Source: Antechinus flavipes (Eukaryota). From it: DNA of 64,000 nucleotides. Within the stretch, counting starts at the first letter, position 1, and every line of letters starts with the position of its first letter. The notes below the pieces were generated by a model. The model saw only the letters and a list, made by a program, of their open reading frames with translations, was not told where the DNA came from and did not search any database. The DNA lies in contig NC_067399.1 of the NCBI RefSeq assembly GCF_016432865.1, forward strand, positions 496,868,001-496,932,000, written 5' to 3'. The position numbers and the translations under genes are program-made. This document shows positions 37,765 through 50,200 of the stretch, one piece after another.

Positions 37765-39414
37765 CTAGGGGCGGGAAATAAGGCGAGGCAGTTACAGTCT
37801 TGGGGAAGTGTGTGGCCCCCATTAATGAGGGCTAGCGTTTACCCAGCACTTTAAGGTTTGCAAAATGCTTTATAAATATTTCACCTGACTCCTAGGACAA
37901 CCACAGAAGGCAGGTGAACCCCTCATACCCATTATACAAATGAGGAAACTGAGGCAATATAAGTGTGAAGTGATTTGCCCAGGGTCTCAGAGCTAGGGAG
38001 TATTTAGAGGTTCTGACTCTAGATCCAACCTTCTTCCGCTGCACAGTGCGGATGGATCCTAACACTAACTCCCCTCTGCTTTGGTTAAGACCATTTCCAC
38101 TCAATCAAAGTTTTCCCTTCAATCAAAGCTCAGCTCAAGCCCCTCTTCCTCTTCCCGTGGAGCCCTCCAGGCCCACTTCCTCCTGATGATTCCCCCTTTC
38201 TCTGATTTCTTACTACTCTTAATACATGATGCTGCACTAGCCTGGCTTGGTCTCTATTAGCCCATGTGTGTAATTCATTTTCCCAAGCAGATCTTGTGGG
38301 CTTAGGGCTATAGCATCATATTTTCTCATAGGAGCACAGTGCGTGCTTAATAAATCCCTACTAGCAGGCACTATGGTAACTGCTGGGATTCGCAAAAACA
38401 CAGGTCCTGCCTTCGAGAAGGCTACCTTCTGCACAGAGACACCGAGGACACGCGCATTCGCCTCTCGCCTGCTCCCCGCCCTCACTGGTAAGCTGCTTTA
38501 ACCAGAACATAACTCGCAAGCTCAGGAAGAAACATCCCCAAGGCTCCCTCATGCTAATGCAGAGAGCACGTCATTGGGAATCACGGATTACAGGTTAAAG
38601 CTGAGAGGCTCACTGGCCCCCAGCGGAGAAACCGCAGATACACCGAGGAAGCGCAGAGAGGGAGGCTAGACTCGACAACCTCTCGGTCTCTTCTAACTCT
38701 GATCCCGTGAGATGCCTGAGACAATGTACTGAGGTCTCCAGGAAGGCTCCCATCGGGAAAGTCATATAGGGAGAAAGGGATTTCTTGCCAACCTGTTAAA
38801 CTTTCCAGTGTAATGGTCTATGGGGCAGAAGCAATCAAGATTTCCTCCTGAACTCTGTCCTCTGGCCAGAGCTTAGAGCTTGGACAACTGACCACGAGCC
38901 AAGACAGGCCACATCCGCCCGGTAATTACCATCATGGAATTTGATGGACCAAAGGAAACAACAATTCCAAAAAAAAAGCTTTCCCAAATTTGTTTATATA
39001 AGATCCTACAAGCCTCTCTCCTTTCTTCTTCTTTTGGCCTTTTGCTCCCTGAAGTGATTGAGTGGAGTGAGTTGTTGGTATCTGGGGAATTAGCAATGAG
39101 GAGGTAGATTCCTAAGCTCTGGTCTGATGGGGACAATTCACTCATCTAGGGAAGTCTAGGATTCTAAATTGCCAGCTGAACAAAAGGAAGACCAGACGGA
39201 ATCTTCCTGAACTTTAGCAACCCTGGTAAGCAAGCCTGAAATTAATGTCTCTGGACTTGGAAGTCTCCCCCCACACCATCCATTCCCCTTTTCTTTAAGA
39301 TTTAAATGCCCTCTATCTTCTCTCTTTTTCAAATGACAAAATGAAAAGATATGGGAGTCAAGAAACCTGGGTTCAAGTCACAGTAAAGAGAGATTTGGGA
39401 GGAGTAAAATGTTA

Positions 39415-39610
39415 TTGCATTTTCTTAGGCAGCATGGCAAATATGGAAATATGCTTAGAAGAATGGCACATGTATAACCTATATTGGATTGCTTGCTGTC
39501 TAGGGGAGGGGGAAGACAGAAAGTGGAATAAAAATTTGGAATACAAAGTTCTTCAGGGGTGAGTGTTGAAAACTATCTTTGCACGTGTTTATAAAGATAA
39601 AAAGCTTTTT
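39415..39610 (+). mobile_element. LINE-1 3' UTR tail fragment
   Basis: aatatggaaatatg...gcacatgtataacctatattggattgcttg...gttgaaaactatctttgca...aaagataaaa is typical of marsupial L1 ends. Confidence 0.6.
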
Positions 39611-39711
39611 TAAGTTATTGCAGTCAAATCAATGGGATGGAAGAGGGTATTGGAGTAAAGGGGGAAGGATTATATAATATGCACCTTATCTTTCATGTCT
39701 CTCCTAGGATA

Positions 39712-40080
39712 TAATTATAGAATGTTAAATCTGGAAGGGACAGTCATTTACAACTGGCAGGAGTCCTTAGAACACAGAATGTTAGAAAGGAGAGAGACTA
39801 TGGAACACAGAAGGTTACGCTAAAAAGGACCCGAGAATATGGACTGATGCAAAATGTCTGGACAGGAACTTAGAACCCAGAATATTAGAGACAGAAGGAA
39901 CCTTAGGATATGGAATGTTAGAACTGGAAAGCGCCTTAGAACATACAATGTTAGAGCTAGAACATAGAACACAGAACATTAGAAAGTTGGAGTTGGAAGT
40001 AAGTCAAAGTTAGAGGGGTCCAAAGAACATGCACGTAACACAGAATGTCCAAGCTGGAAGATGTCACTGAAGCAGAACTT
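39712..40080 (+). repeat. Degenerate ~30-bp tandem array of a SINE-tail-like unit (cacagaatgttagagctggaaggaaccttagaa), MdoRep1-like
   Basis: About ten decayed units, e.g. ttagaacacagaatgttaga, ttagaacccagaatattaga, ttaggatatggaatgttagaactggaa, ttagaacatacaatgttagagc. Confidence 0.65.
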
Positions 40081-40149
40081 CAGGACTGCAAAGAACCTTG
40101 GAGGTTATTGAAGCTACAGAGGGCAAGTGGCTTTCAAAATAAAAATAAT

Positions 40150-40850
40150 AATAACAACAATAGCAACAACCACCATAATAATATTTAGATATAGCACTTT
40201 AAGGTTTGTAAAGTGCTTACAAACATGATCCCCATTTTTTTTGCTCACAATAATGTTGAGAGGTAGGTGCTATTATTATCCCCAGGGTCATATAGTCAGT
40301 GTCTGAAGCAACTGATGATACAGTGGGCAGAGTGCTGGGCCTGGAGGCAGAAAACCTGAGTTCAAATTCTGCCTCAGATATTTATTAGCTGTGTGACTCT
40401 GGGTAAGTCACTTGTTTGCCTCAGTTTCCTCATCTATAAAGTGGAGGATAAAACCTATCTCCTGGGTTGTTGTGAGGATCAAATGAGATAATAGATGTTA
40501 AATGCTTAGTGCAGTGTCTGGTGCATAGAAAGCATTATATTAATATTAGCTATAATTATTGTTATTGGGACTAAATGACACAATAAATAGAATGCTAATC
40601 CCAAAGTCAGGAAGACTCATCTTACTAGCTGTGTGCTAGTCACTTAACTGTTTACCTCAGATATGGATGTATAAAATGATCTGAAGAAGAAAATGATAAA
40701 TTCAGTACTTTTGCCAAAAAAAATCCCTAATGAGGTCACAAACAGTCAAATAGGGCTGAAAAAAGAGAACAAACCACAGCAACAGTGTTGTTACTATTAT
40801 ACTCTTTGAACTCAGGTCTTCCACTGTGTCACCTAGCTGCCTGAAAAATA
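40150..40850. mobile_element. Cluster of nested MIR/MAR1 SINEs in both orientations
   Basis: Several CORE motifs (gagttcaaattctgcctcaga, cctcagtttcctcatctataaa, gttgtgaggatcaaatgagataat) and an MAR1 tail (cttttgccaaaaaaaatccc). Confidence 0.7.
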
Positions 40851-42058
40851 GGCTTAAATCCAGAGTTCCGGAACTCATTCAGAGTTGATCCCTTGTTTTC
40901 ATTCTGTACAAGAGCCATAAAAGTACCAATGAAAGAATATCTGGTCACTGGGGTGGGAGTGGGGATGAGAAAGAGAGAGATATGGGTCAGGAGTGGGGGT
41001 GGGGAAAAGGGGGGGTATGGAGAAAATCAGTGAGAACAGGCCAAATGGCTGAGATGGGAGAACTGAGCCAACCCAACGAAGCTCTCCAGCTGGAGCAGGC
41101 TAAATGTCTCTATTACATAAACCTTGCTCCAAAAATGCCTCCCCCCCCAAGTGCCTGACTCAGGGCTCTGGACAGCTGTTCACCTACTTTGCAGGGGAGG
41201 TGGGGGTGGGGAGGAGGGGGAAGCAAGTTTGGAAAATATGACATTTGCAAAAAAGCATTGCAGGATTGGTCCTGGGGTTTCACCCCATCCCCATCCCTCT
41301 CTGAAGCTAGGTTAGCACTACGGCTAAGACAAGCCTCACAACTTTCCTTTCACCCCTAGTCCCAGGGTCTCCAGATTATAATCCAGGCTGTCATTCCCTC
41401 CTTCCCCTTTTGTCTGTCCCTAAAGCAAGGACTAGGGAGAAAGAGGCGCTGCTGTTTTAAGAACAAGTAGGTGGCTGCTTGACAAACAGATCGGGGAGAG
41501 TCATCCCCACCCTCCCCTCTCCCAGGAGATTCCCCTGGCCCTCGATGGGACAACCCCAGTGAATAGGAAGAGGAAATGGGAGTTGTGAGACTCAGCAGGG
41601 GTAAATGAGCTCTCTGACCTAGGAGTTCTAATCCTAACCATACCATGAACGAAAGGGTTGGGGATCTTACTAACTTTGTTTGACCCGCGGCCTCCTTCTT
41701 TGCCACCCTATCAGTCTCTTCTATCAGCCCACACTGCCTCCCTTATCAAGCCCTCCTGTGGTAGAGGGGGTAACCACCAAGAAAATGTCCTTCCAGCTCC
41801 CCTAATTTATCTCCCATCTCCATCTCATTCCAGTTTTCCACATGCCAAACTGATTTCCTTCCTCTCGGATCAGGGGGACTGGCCTCCAATTCTGAGGCTG
41901 TCTATACCAACCTCTATAAACTTAGTGTAGTGGAAAGAACACAGCTTCTGGAGTTGGAGATCCTGAATGTAGCATTGGAGTGAAATCCCCTGACAGCACT
42001 GAGGTGACCTTGAACAAATCACTTCCCTGTGCCTCAGTTTCCTCATCAGTAAAATGAG

Positions 42059-42288
42059 GGGGAGATAAGTGATGCAGTGGATAGAGTGTTGGGTCTGGAG
42101 TCAAAAAACTCATCTCCTCGAGTGCAAATCTCAGATACTTAGTAGCTGGATGACTCAGGACAAGTCACCCACCCTGTTTGCCTCAGTTTCCCTATCTGTA
42201 AAATGAGCTGAAGAAGGGAATGATGAAACATTCCAGTATCTTTGCCAAGGAAACTTCAAAGAGTAAGACCTGACTGAACAATGACAGA
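42059..42288 (+). mobile_element. MAR1-type SINE
   Basis: gatgcagtggatagagtgttgggtctggagtc...cctcagtttccctatctgtaaaatgagctgaagaagggaatg...ccagtatctttgccaag. Confidence 0.75.
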
Positions 42289-42342
42289 AAATATGGAGGT
42301 GGGGTAGGACTCAGTGGCCTCTGGTCTTTTCTAACTTTAGAT

Positions 42343-42525
42343 CAAGGGTTCTGAATCTGGAGTCCATGAAATTACATGGAAAATCAATTATATCTTTATT
42401 TTTATCAACCTCCAACTAAAATTTAGCATATTTTTTCATTATCAATAGGCAACAAACATCATTCTGAGAAGAGAGTCTTCAAAAGAATGTTAAAGGGGTC
42501 CTTGGCTCAAAACAAGGCTAAACTG
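42343..42525 (-). mobile_element. Non-autonomous hAT-Charlie relic
   Basis: caagggttctgaatctggagtccatg...cattctgagaag...aaaggggtccttggctcaaaacaagg is the reverse of the same family. Confidence 0.55.
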
Positions 42526-42949
42526 TAGATCTGGGCAGCTTTCTTTAAGTCCCCCCCAAAAAAATCTCACCTTCTACCAGAAGCCTTTCCCAGTTTCTCT
42601 TAAGTCTATTCATTATCTCTTATTAATCCTGTAAGTAACTTCTTTCTATATCTTTGTTTATATTTATAGCTCTATATCTCACAACTCTATCTAATCCCAT
42701 TAGACTGTAAATTCTGGACGAGCAAGGGCTATCTTTTGCCTCTTTTTCTATGCCCAGAACTCAGTACAGAGTCTGGCATATATTAAGAGTTAAACAAAAA
42801 TTAATTAATTGATTAATCCAATGAATTTAGACAAATCACATAATCCTTCTGAGCCTAGTTATTTATTTATTTTTAGTCCTTCAAATGAGATTAATAGTAC
42901 TTGCCCTGCCTGCTTCATAGAGGTGCAATAGAGTATTTACATATACTGT

Positions 42950-43180
42950 AGAGGAAATGTGACACAATGGATGCAGAGCTGGCTTTGAGGTCAGCAAGAT
43001 CTAGCTTCAAGTCCTCCCCCTGGCACATCCTGGCACCATTAATACCAGCAAGTCACTCAACCCTCAGTGCCTCCTGGCACCTCTTTATGACACAAAGTTT
43101 CAGAGACAGTGGCTGTCAGCAGTGATGGAGGAAGTTCTTCAAGAATTCGCTATACCATGAAAATTACAGATTTAATAGGG
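42950..43180 (+). mobile_element. Marsupial CORE-SINE (WALLSI4-like tail)
   Basis: SINE head followed by ctcagtgcc...tttcagagacag...ggaggaagttc...ctatacc..gaaaattacag. A related copy lies near 27265-27430. Confidence 0.5.
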
Positions 43181-43184
43181 GTAT

Positions 43185-43614
43185 GTGTGTGTATACATAC
43201 ATGTGTGTAAATGTATAAATATAATATATATATATGTCTCTATATTATATAGATCTAATAGTCATTCTGTGATTTTTAAGTTAAAAGAAATCAATTGTTT
43301 TTATTATTGCTTTATACTTGTACTTTTAAACACCCACCTTTTTAAGCTGTCGGTTTTCACATTCATAACCCTCTTTTTTCACAGATGTGAACTAGGAAAT
43401 GCTGCCCACACATCTGGGGTTAGGCCCTCACACTTTCAATATCTCAAAATAAAGTCAAAATATATTTTCTAGAATACTGAAATGTAGTCAGGAGCAAGAG
43501 AAGCAGAGATTTCTGACAATGTCTTCCATTCCTTAAATGTTATAATAGGAGCTCTCCAGACTATTAAAATCACAAATCTAATAAATTTATATGTGTGTCT
43601 CTCTGTGTATTTAC

Positions 43615-43661
<47 letters not shown>

Positions 43662-43990
43662 TGTGTGTGTGCTTATATATTGTATAAATCTAACAGGTAC
43701 ACTGTGATTTTAAAAGTCAAAAGGCATCAACTGGTTTATATTGTTGCTTATTCCTTTACTTTAAAATTCCTCATCTTCTTAACCTATCAGTTATCAGAAT
43801 CACAACTTAATTCTTTCACACATATCAAATAAAGAGTACTGCCCAAACATCTGGGTTATGCCCTCACACCTCCAATATCTCAAAACAAAGTCAATACATA
43901 TTTTGTAGAATATTGAAATCCAGTTGGGGCAGGAAAGAGGCACATATTCTAATAATGCCTTCCATTCTTTGAAGTTTATAATGATGGTTC
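43185..43990. repeat. Old direct tandem duplication, period ~436 bp
   Basis: Shared anchors at a constant offset: ctgtgattt 43267/43702, aatatctcaaaa 43438/43874, ttccattc 43524/43960. Confidence 0.85.
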
Positions 43991-44140
43991 CCATTTTACT
44001 GGTGCAGAAAACTGAAGCATCCAAAGGTAAGTCATAATTTAAGGCATGCGTTTCTCCTCCACAGCCCTCAGTGATAATGTTTTTCCCCTTGTTCCTTTTT
44101 CCTAAAGTAATAAATTCTTAAAAAGAGAGAAAAAAAATAC

Positions 44141-44211
44141 CTTCAGGATCTCCTTGGGTGAAGGCCAGGCCACAGGTAGAGCAGAAGACAATCCAGGCTA
44201 GGAGGAATCCC
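44141..44211 (-). CDS. COL27A1: COL27A1 coding exon 2 (signal peptide core, GFLLAWIVFCSTCGLAFTQGDPE)
   Basis: Acceptor ctctctaattcatag|G and donor GAAG|gtattt. 71 nt, phase 2 in and phase 1 out. Resembles human [23 protein letters not shown]. Confidence 0.93.
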
Positions 44212-45987
44212 CTATGAATTAGAGAGGGGAAGCAAGAAAGTACACACATCAGTTTCCAGCTCCAATAACCAGATTCCATTGCCAAGGGGTACACTTGTGA
44301 GGAGGGCAGAAGGGAAACCAAAGCCACAAATGACCATCTCTCCAAGGAAGTGAAGATAAAAGACTCAGAATCAGCATTCTTCTGGGAAATAGGGTTTGTG
44401 TGGAAGCTCTTGCTAGGTCCCATCTCCACAACAGTTGCTCCCGCAGACAATGAGAATGGCAGCTTGGATGGAAGAAAGGCTGATAGACCATTATTTCTAG
44501 GGCTCTTGGGCTTACCTGCCCATTGATAACCATTGATCAGTGGTTGGTGGTGGCAGCAAAGTGTTGCCACCTTCAATGATGGCAGTAGAAGTCAATTTAG
44601 CAATAGAGGCTAAACCTTAGAGGGAGCTTCTATTCCTAGGTTCTTGGACAAAAGGTCCTGGTCTGTGTCTACCTGACTCTGAGGGGAGGTAATGGTTGAA
44701 GTGTTAGCAGTGGTTTGACATTTGATATATAAGGAGACTGAAGTCCAAAGAAAAGAAAGGCTTGTTCAAATAAATGGAGGATCCTGGACTAGAGCCCAGG
44801 GTTCTTTCCATTGCATGATCTCTCCTATCTCCCTCTCACCTGCCCATTGACACCATGGGTCCTACTTCAGTATCATCATGGACCAAAAATCAGTAGAAAC
44901 CCCAAATCATAAAGGAAAGCAAACTCAACAGTGGAGACTGATAGCCCCTTTCTCCAAGCCAGGGACTTCTGATGGATGGCAACATTGACAGACTGGAGCC
45001 CAGAGAAGGGTTCCATCTGGCCCAGGCTGCCCAGCCTCTACTGCCCACTCTATACACACTTGGCCCAATGACAAAGACCAAAACATCGATGGAAAACACT
45101 TTGGCAAGACAACGCCGGCATTAGTGGAAAAACTGAACAGTTTCTCCAAGTGTGGCCAAAGATGGATGGGACTTTAATCCCGACAGGTTCCCCTGCCTGA
45201 ATTTTTCCATGAGAGCTCCCACTCTGCCCAGGGCCTCTGGAGTAGCTCTGAGCCAGGGGAGTCCAGAAAGGCACTCTTCCCTACAGGTTCCAGTCCCACT
45301 TTCCTAGGCAGAATTCAGCCTTTAATTTCCAGTGCCAGTCAACCCCTCCATCAACTAAAGTAAAAGGCCTGGCTGTGTTTGGAGTGAGAGAGGAGAAGAG
45401 AATGCTGGCCTTAGCACTCCCTCTCACACCTTCAGTGCAGCATCTACACTCCCGTAGAGGGATGCCAGTCTCTGGCAGCGCAGGGAAGAAATACCAGCCA
45501 GTTCAGAATCATTTATCAGTGCTAGGGAAGACCTTAATCCAGCTTCCATATTTTAAAAAGAAAGAAACACGACTGATGAGGGCCTTTAAAGGCAGTTTGG
45601 AAAACTTCCAGGGCCCCCTGAATTCCAGATAGAGCTCTTTTACTCCATGTTATACTATCCTTCCAATATGACATAGAGAAAGTAGTCTTGGATTTGGACT
45701 CAGAGGACTTGGGTTCAAGTCTTCATTTTTTTATCTGCTACCTGTGTGCTCTTGGACAAATCCTATAAAATTCCAAGACCTTGGTTTCTCCATGTATCAA
45801 ATGAAATGGCTGTACTACCTGACTGATGAGGTCCTTTCCAGCTCTAAATCTATAATCCCATGAATTTTCTAAATGTGACTGACTGAAGGCTAGTATCTTC
45901 TCCATTCCATATGTATATGGTCAGGCACCAAAAATACAGGGGAAGTAGTTTAAGGCTAACAACTAAGTTTCTAAATGATTTCCTAGA

Positions 45988-46031
<44 letters not shown>
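45988..46031. repeat. (CA)n microsatellite
   Basis: Direct reading. Confidence 0.9.
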
Positions 46032-46039
<8 letters not shown>

Positions 46040-46199
46040 ATATTGATTTGGAAAAAAATAGTTCAAATATCTCAGCTGAGGAAACTAAGACAAAAGAGAA
46101 TAAATGTCCCTTAGATTAAGAGGATTTAGAAGTCACAAAGCTGGTTAGTGAGGAGAGCTAGAACTCAAAACTGGTCCTTCTACTCTAAAGTCAGTGTTC

Positions 46200-46478
46200 C
46201 CAAGCTAGGTGGTACAGTGTATAGGGCAATGGCCAAGAGTGAGGAAAACTCTTTTCTTGAAATCAAATCTAAAAAAAAAAAAAAAAAGAAAAAAAAAAGA
46301 AATCAAATCTAGCCTCAGATACTTACTAAACACTTAACCCTATTTGCCTCAGTTTCCTCATCTGTAAAGTGAGCTAGAAAAGGAAATAACAACTCACTCC
46401 AGTATTTTTGCCAAGAAAACCCCAAATGGGGTTGCAAGGAGTTGCATACAATTAAAAACAACTGAACAATAATAAAAA
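46200..46478 (+). mobile_element. MAR1-type SINE interrupted by a poly(A) insertion
   Basis: gctaggtggtacagtg...agcctcagatacttact...ctgtaaagtgagctagaaaaggaaat...ccagtatttttgccaagaaaacccc...actgaacaa. Confidence 0.75.
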
Positions 46479-46982
46479 ATGTTCGACATAGAACTAACCC
46501 TTGATGATCTGCTCATAACTTATCCATTTTGTGAATCGCCAAATTGGCAATGTTTCATCCAAGCCTGGCTTCCTTCAGCCCCAAGCACACTTCAGAGTTG
46601 CCTCCCCTGGCCATCAGCCAGTGCATTCTCAGGAAATGTAAACTTGCTTTCATATTACTTCAAGCCAAAGGGAATTAGAAAGATCAGCCTGCTGTCCAAA
46701 AGTCATAGTGTACTCCAAAGCTCTAAAAACTGACTTTTAAAAAGCATCCCTGGTTTTAGATTATTCATGGGATAACTTTCCTTCATCCATGTAGCTTCCT
46801 GCTTAAAGTACAAGATAACATACATAAAGTACTTTGCAAACCTATTATGGTTATTATTATTATCATTATCATTATAACAATATGGATATGATAGGGGAAG
46901 GGGCAATTTCTCAACTGTCAAAAATGTTTGGGCAGAGTCAACAAGTTGTCAGTTTGTCTCTAAAAACTAGCTTTTACTGAAC

Positions 46983-47280
46983 TTTTTTTTGAGATTAAAT
47001 CTTCCTTTCTTACCAAGGCCAGAAGTGCAAGACTCCCCATCCTCACTTCTGATCAGCATCGAAACTTTGTCTTACTATTTCCAACCTGCTGGGCTGCTTT
47101 AGTTCTCCTTAGGAAGTCTAGGTGTCCTCTGCCTCCTAGGAGTTTACTAGTTTGGTGCCAGATAGTGTCAATCCTGTTCAACTTTAGTCCTACTGAAGCT
47201 TAGAAGTCTTAAACTCAAGCAATTCACCAGCCTCAGTTTCCCCAGCCATTGGGTTGGTGGCCTGCAACACTATGATGGGC
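46983..47280 (-). pseudogene. Degenerate full-length 7SL (SRP) RNA retrocopy / 7SL-derived SINE
   Basis: The plus strand aligns end to end with the reverse complement of 7SL: ttttttgagattaaatct...ccaaggccagaagtgca...ctgatcagcatc...ttccaacctg...ctccttagg...actcaagcaattcaccagcctcag...gggc. About 300 nt with an A-tail (T run at 46983-46990). Confidence 0.8.
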
Positions 47281-50200
47281 ATGCTAAAATTTCTTGGAAG
47301 CATTGTGTTTAAGAATCAAAGGGTTTCCATTTATAGCCTCCCACTCCTTTCCTCTTTACAATCAATCCTAACAACTTGTGTGATGGACTTCTTACTAACA
47401 ATTTTCAATTGGGAGTAGTCAGATGCTCAGAACAAATAAGGCACATTCAGTCTAGATACCTAGTTGCTGAAAATATATGCAGTTAGGATTAGAATCAATA
47501 TTTCTATCTCGAAAGCCTGTGCCCAACTAACTAAGCCTCCTGCTTGTTACAGTCTCAGCTGAGAATTTCATATCCAGAAGCATTTATCGTGCTAGTGAAA
47601 AAACTTAGGTATTGGAGAGAAAATGGTGAAGGAGAGAAGGCATATTAGGAAAAGGAAGGATTGTTCTGGCATCCCTCAAGAAGCTGAAAGAGACAGTTGA
47701 AGGAGTAATTCTTATTGACTAAAATGAAACAAATGAGTCTTGACCATGAAACCCTTCTCATATTGAGCTAAGAAAAATCAGGAATAAAAATGAATGAAAA
47801 GTGAATTTAAAAAAAATCTCTACAATAATCCGAAACTCCAAATTGATTTCCAGTTAATGAGGTTATAAAACTTCTGGTGTACTCCTGGAGAAACATCTCT
47901 CATTTCTTACTCAATGTGCTTACAAGTCTTTGACTCTGTTTATAACAACTTATCTCTAGGATTCAGGATTCTCAGTCCTGTTCTTAATCAATTCAAAAAC
48001 AAGAAATAAACTAAACATTCAATATAATAAAAGACCATCTTTTTAAAAAAATGATACTAAGACTCAAACTACTACTGGTGTCAAGAAATAGAATCAAAGT
48101 TCTTACTACTATATTTATGTTGTAATAAACATTTAACAAGTCCATAATACTAAAAATGTTATGGGGCCAATAAAATTTTATTTATGAAAAATTAATTGCA
48201 TGTGCATGGCAAAATATAGAATATATTGAATTGATATTGAATAATGTAGGGGAATAAAGTATGTAGGATGATTTACTAAAAACCAAAGGATATAGAGATT
48301 TTAAAAATTGGGAATCCTGATCTAGTCTAATCCTCCCATCTTACAAAGAAAGAAACTAAGATCCAGAGGGAGAAATTATTTCTCTAAGGTCACAAGGAAA
48401 ATTCATATCAGAACTGGAATTCGAACCCAGGTCCCCTGCATTTCAATCCAAAGTTCTTTCCAACACACTGAGCAGTATGATGATAAATTGTAAATATGTT
48501 GCATAGTAAGAAGGCCTGTGATCTATGTGTTGGTCTGATACTAATGAAACATATAAACCTAGGTGACTTGATTTCCCCCAAAGTCAGTTACCCTCTCTAC
48601 AAAATGAAGGCAATATTTACAGTACCTACCTCACAAAATGCTGTTCAGACAAAAATGTATTATAAACATTTTAGCCCCATAGAAAAATGAATTTATATTA
48701 AGTAACAGTGTTATTATTCAGAAAGCTATTTTAAAAAATCTAACTAAGACAACATACTATACTATTAAATCTGCTTTGCAGAGAGTAGAAATAGAGAAAT
48801 TAATTTACTCTTTCCAAAATCACTGTGATTGTGCTGGCCACGAAGCTGGGGCTGGAAATCCAATGTCCTGTCTCCAAGTCCCCATTCTGGGTCTCATCTA
48901 TTAGACTGTTCTATTTCCCACAAAGATACATGGTTTCTGGGAAAGGGCTACCACTTGGGAAGGTGGTCCTAATTTAAAAAGGCTGGTTCCACATTACATT
49001 ACTAATAGCATGAGAAGCAACTGGCTTTGAGTTTTCCTTTCTCACCTCTCCCAGTTGAAAGGTTGTTTCCCTGGCCAATGATATGAGAACATCTTGACTA
49101 TGTGTAAACTATCAGAAATAATGTTTAGCACTGGGCTTTCTTTTTCTAGGTTGTGAAAACGTGAAGAGGTATGGGAGATCTACAACAGGCCACTGCTTCC
49201 ATCCAAGAATCCTTGAGACAGGGGTGAGAAGGGGAACAGAAGGGGAGGCTGTGGCAACTACATTGTAAGAAGCCTTCCCAATGGAAAGTCAATGTGATGG
49301 AAAGAGCTCTATATTTAGATTTGTTAGACTTGGGTTCCAATACCGGCAGTCTACTTTCTAGCTATGTGACCATAGACAAATCAGATCTCTTAATAGGTTT
49401 CCTTCTGTGTAAATTGAGAATGATACTGGTACTACCTACTGCATAGGATTATTGTGAAGGAAGCAGTTTGCTGAGATTATGAAACACTATAGTAATTAGA
49501 TTCCTTCATTTTACAGGGGAATAAACTAAGGGCCAGGGAGATTTTGACTTGTCCTCCAGTCACATGGGGAATAAGCAGCAGAGTAGAAATTCAGACTTGA
49601 TCCTCTAATCCAGCATTATTTCCACCATACCAGATTCTACCCCATGGACTTCTTCTTCCTGAGGTTCTCCTCAATGGACCAACTTTGGGGTGAGATTAAT
49701 CAATGGTGTCACTTATTTGCTTATGAGGAAGCGGTCTATAAGAAGCCAGCAGGACTATTACATGTAGGGGCAGAAAATTCATCATTTTCTTTGGACCTAA
49801 ATAGAATTTCTGTAGGAGCAAAGCGAGGGCAAAAGGTTTTGCTTAATTTTATCCAATGTCATGCTAAAGAAGAAGGACTTATTAAGAACTACAATCATCC
49901 CTTATGTTTGTTTATGAAGTGTTTTCATATCCATCATTTAATTTTATTCTCACAATCCAGGGAGATAAGAAAGCTTACCACTATTTAATAAATAAGACCA
50001 AAGGAGGCCCTGAAAAGTAAAGTGGCAGAGTTGGGGCTAAAACGCTGTTCTCTCCTATTCCTCTGACACAGCCATGCTAGAGAAGACATAAGGAGTAAAA
50101 AACTATCAAAGCTGAAGCTGATCTGACTTTGAGACATTCCATGATCTTAAATCCTTTTTTTAGGATTTAACCTCAGGAGGCTCAGCAGTAAAGCCCAAAC

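Noticed and set aside
36036-37768. Several plus-strand and off-frame ORFs (96-168 aa) overlapping exon 3
   Set aside because: They are shadows of a GC-rich, Pro-rich coding exon, with no recognisable domain or independent splice or promoter support.
37765-37822. In-frame ATG (MGATHFPKT...) that starts the 674-aa ORF
   Set aside because: It lies in intron 2 across the branch and acceptor region and has a weak Kozak context (ttaATG). The true N-terminus is explained by exons 1-2.
44511-44520. Strong minus-strand donor CAG|gtaagc in intron 1
   Set aside because: No convincing upstream acceptor. Isolated cryptic donors are common.
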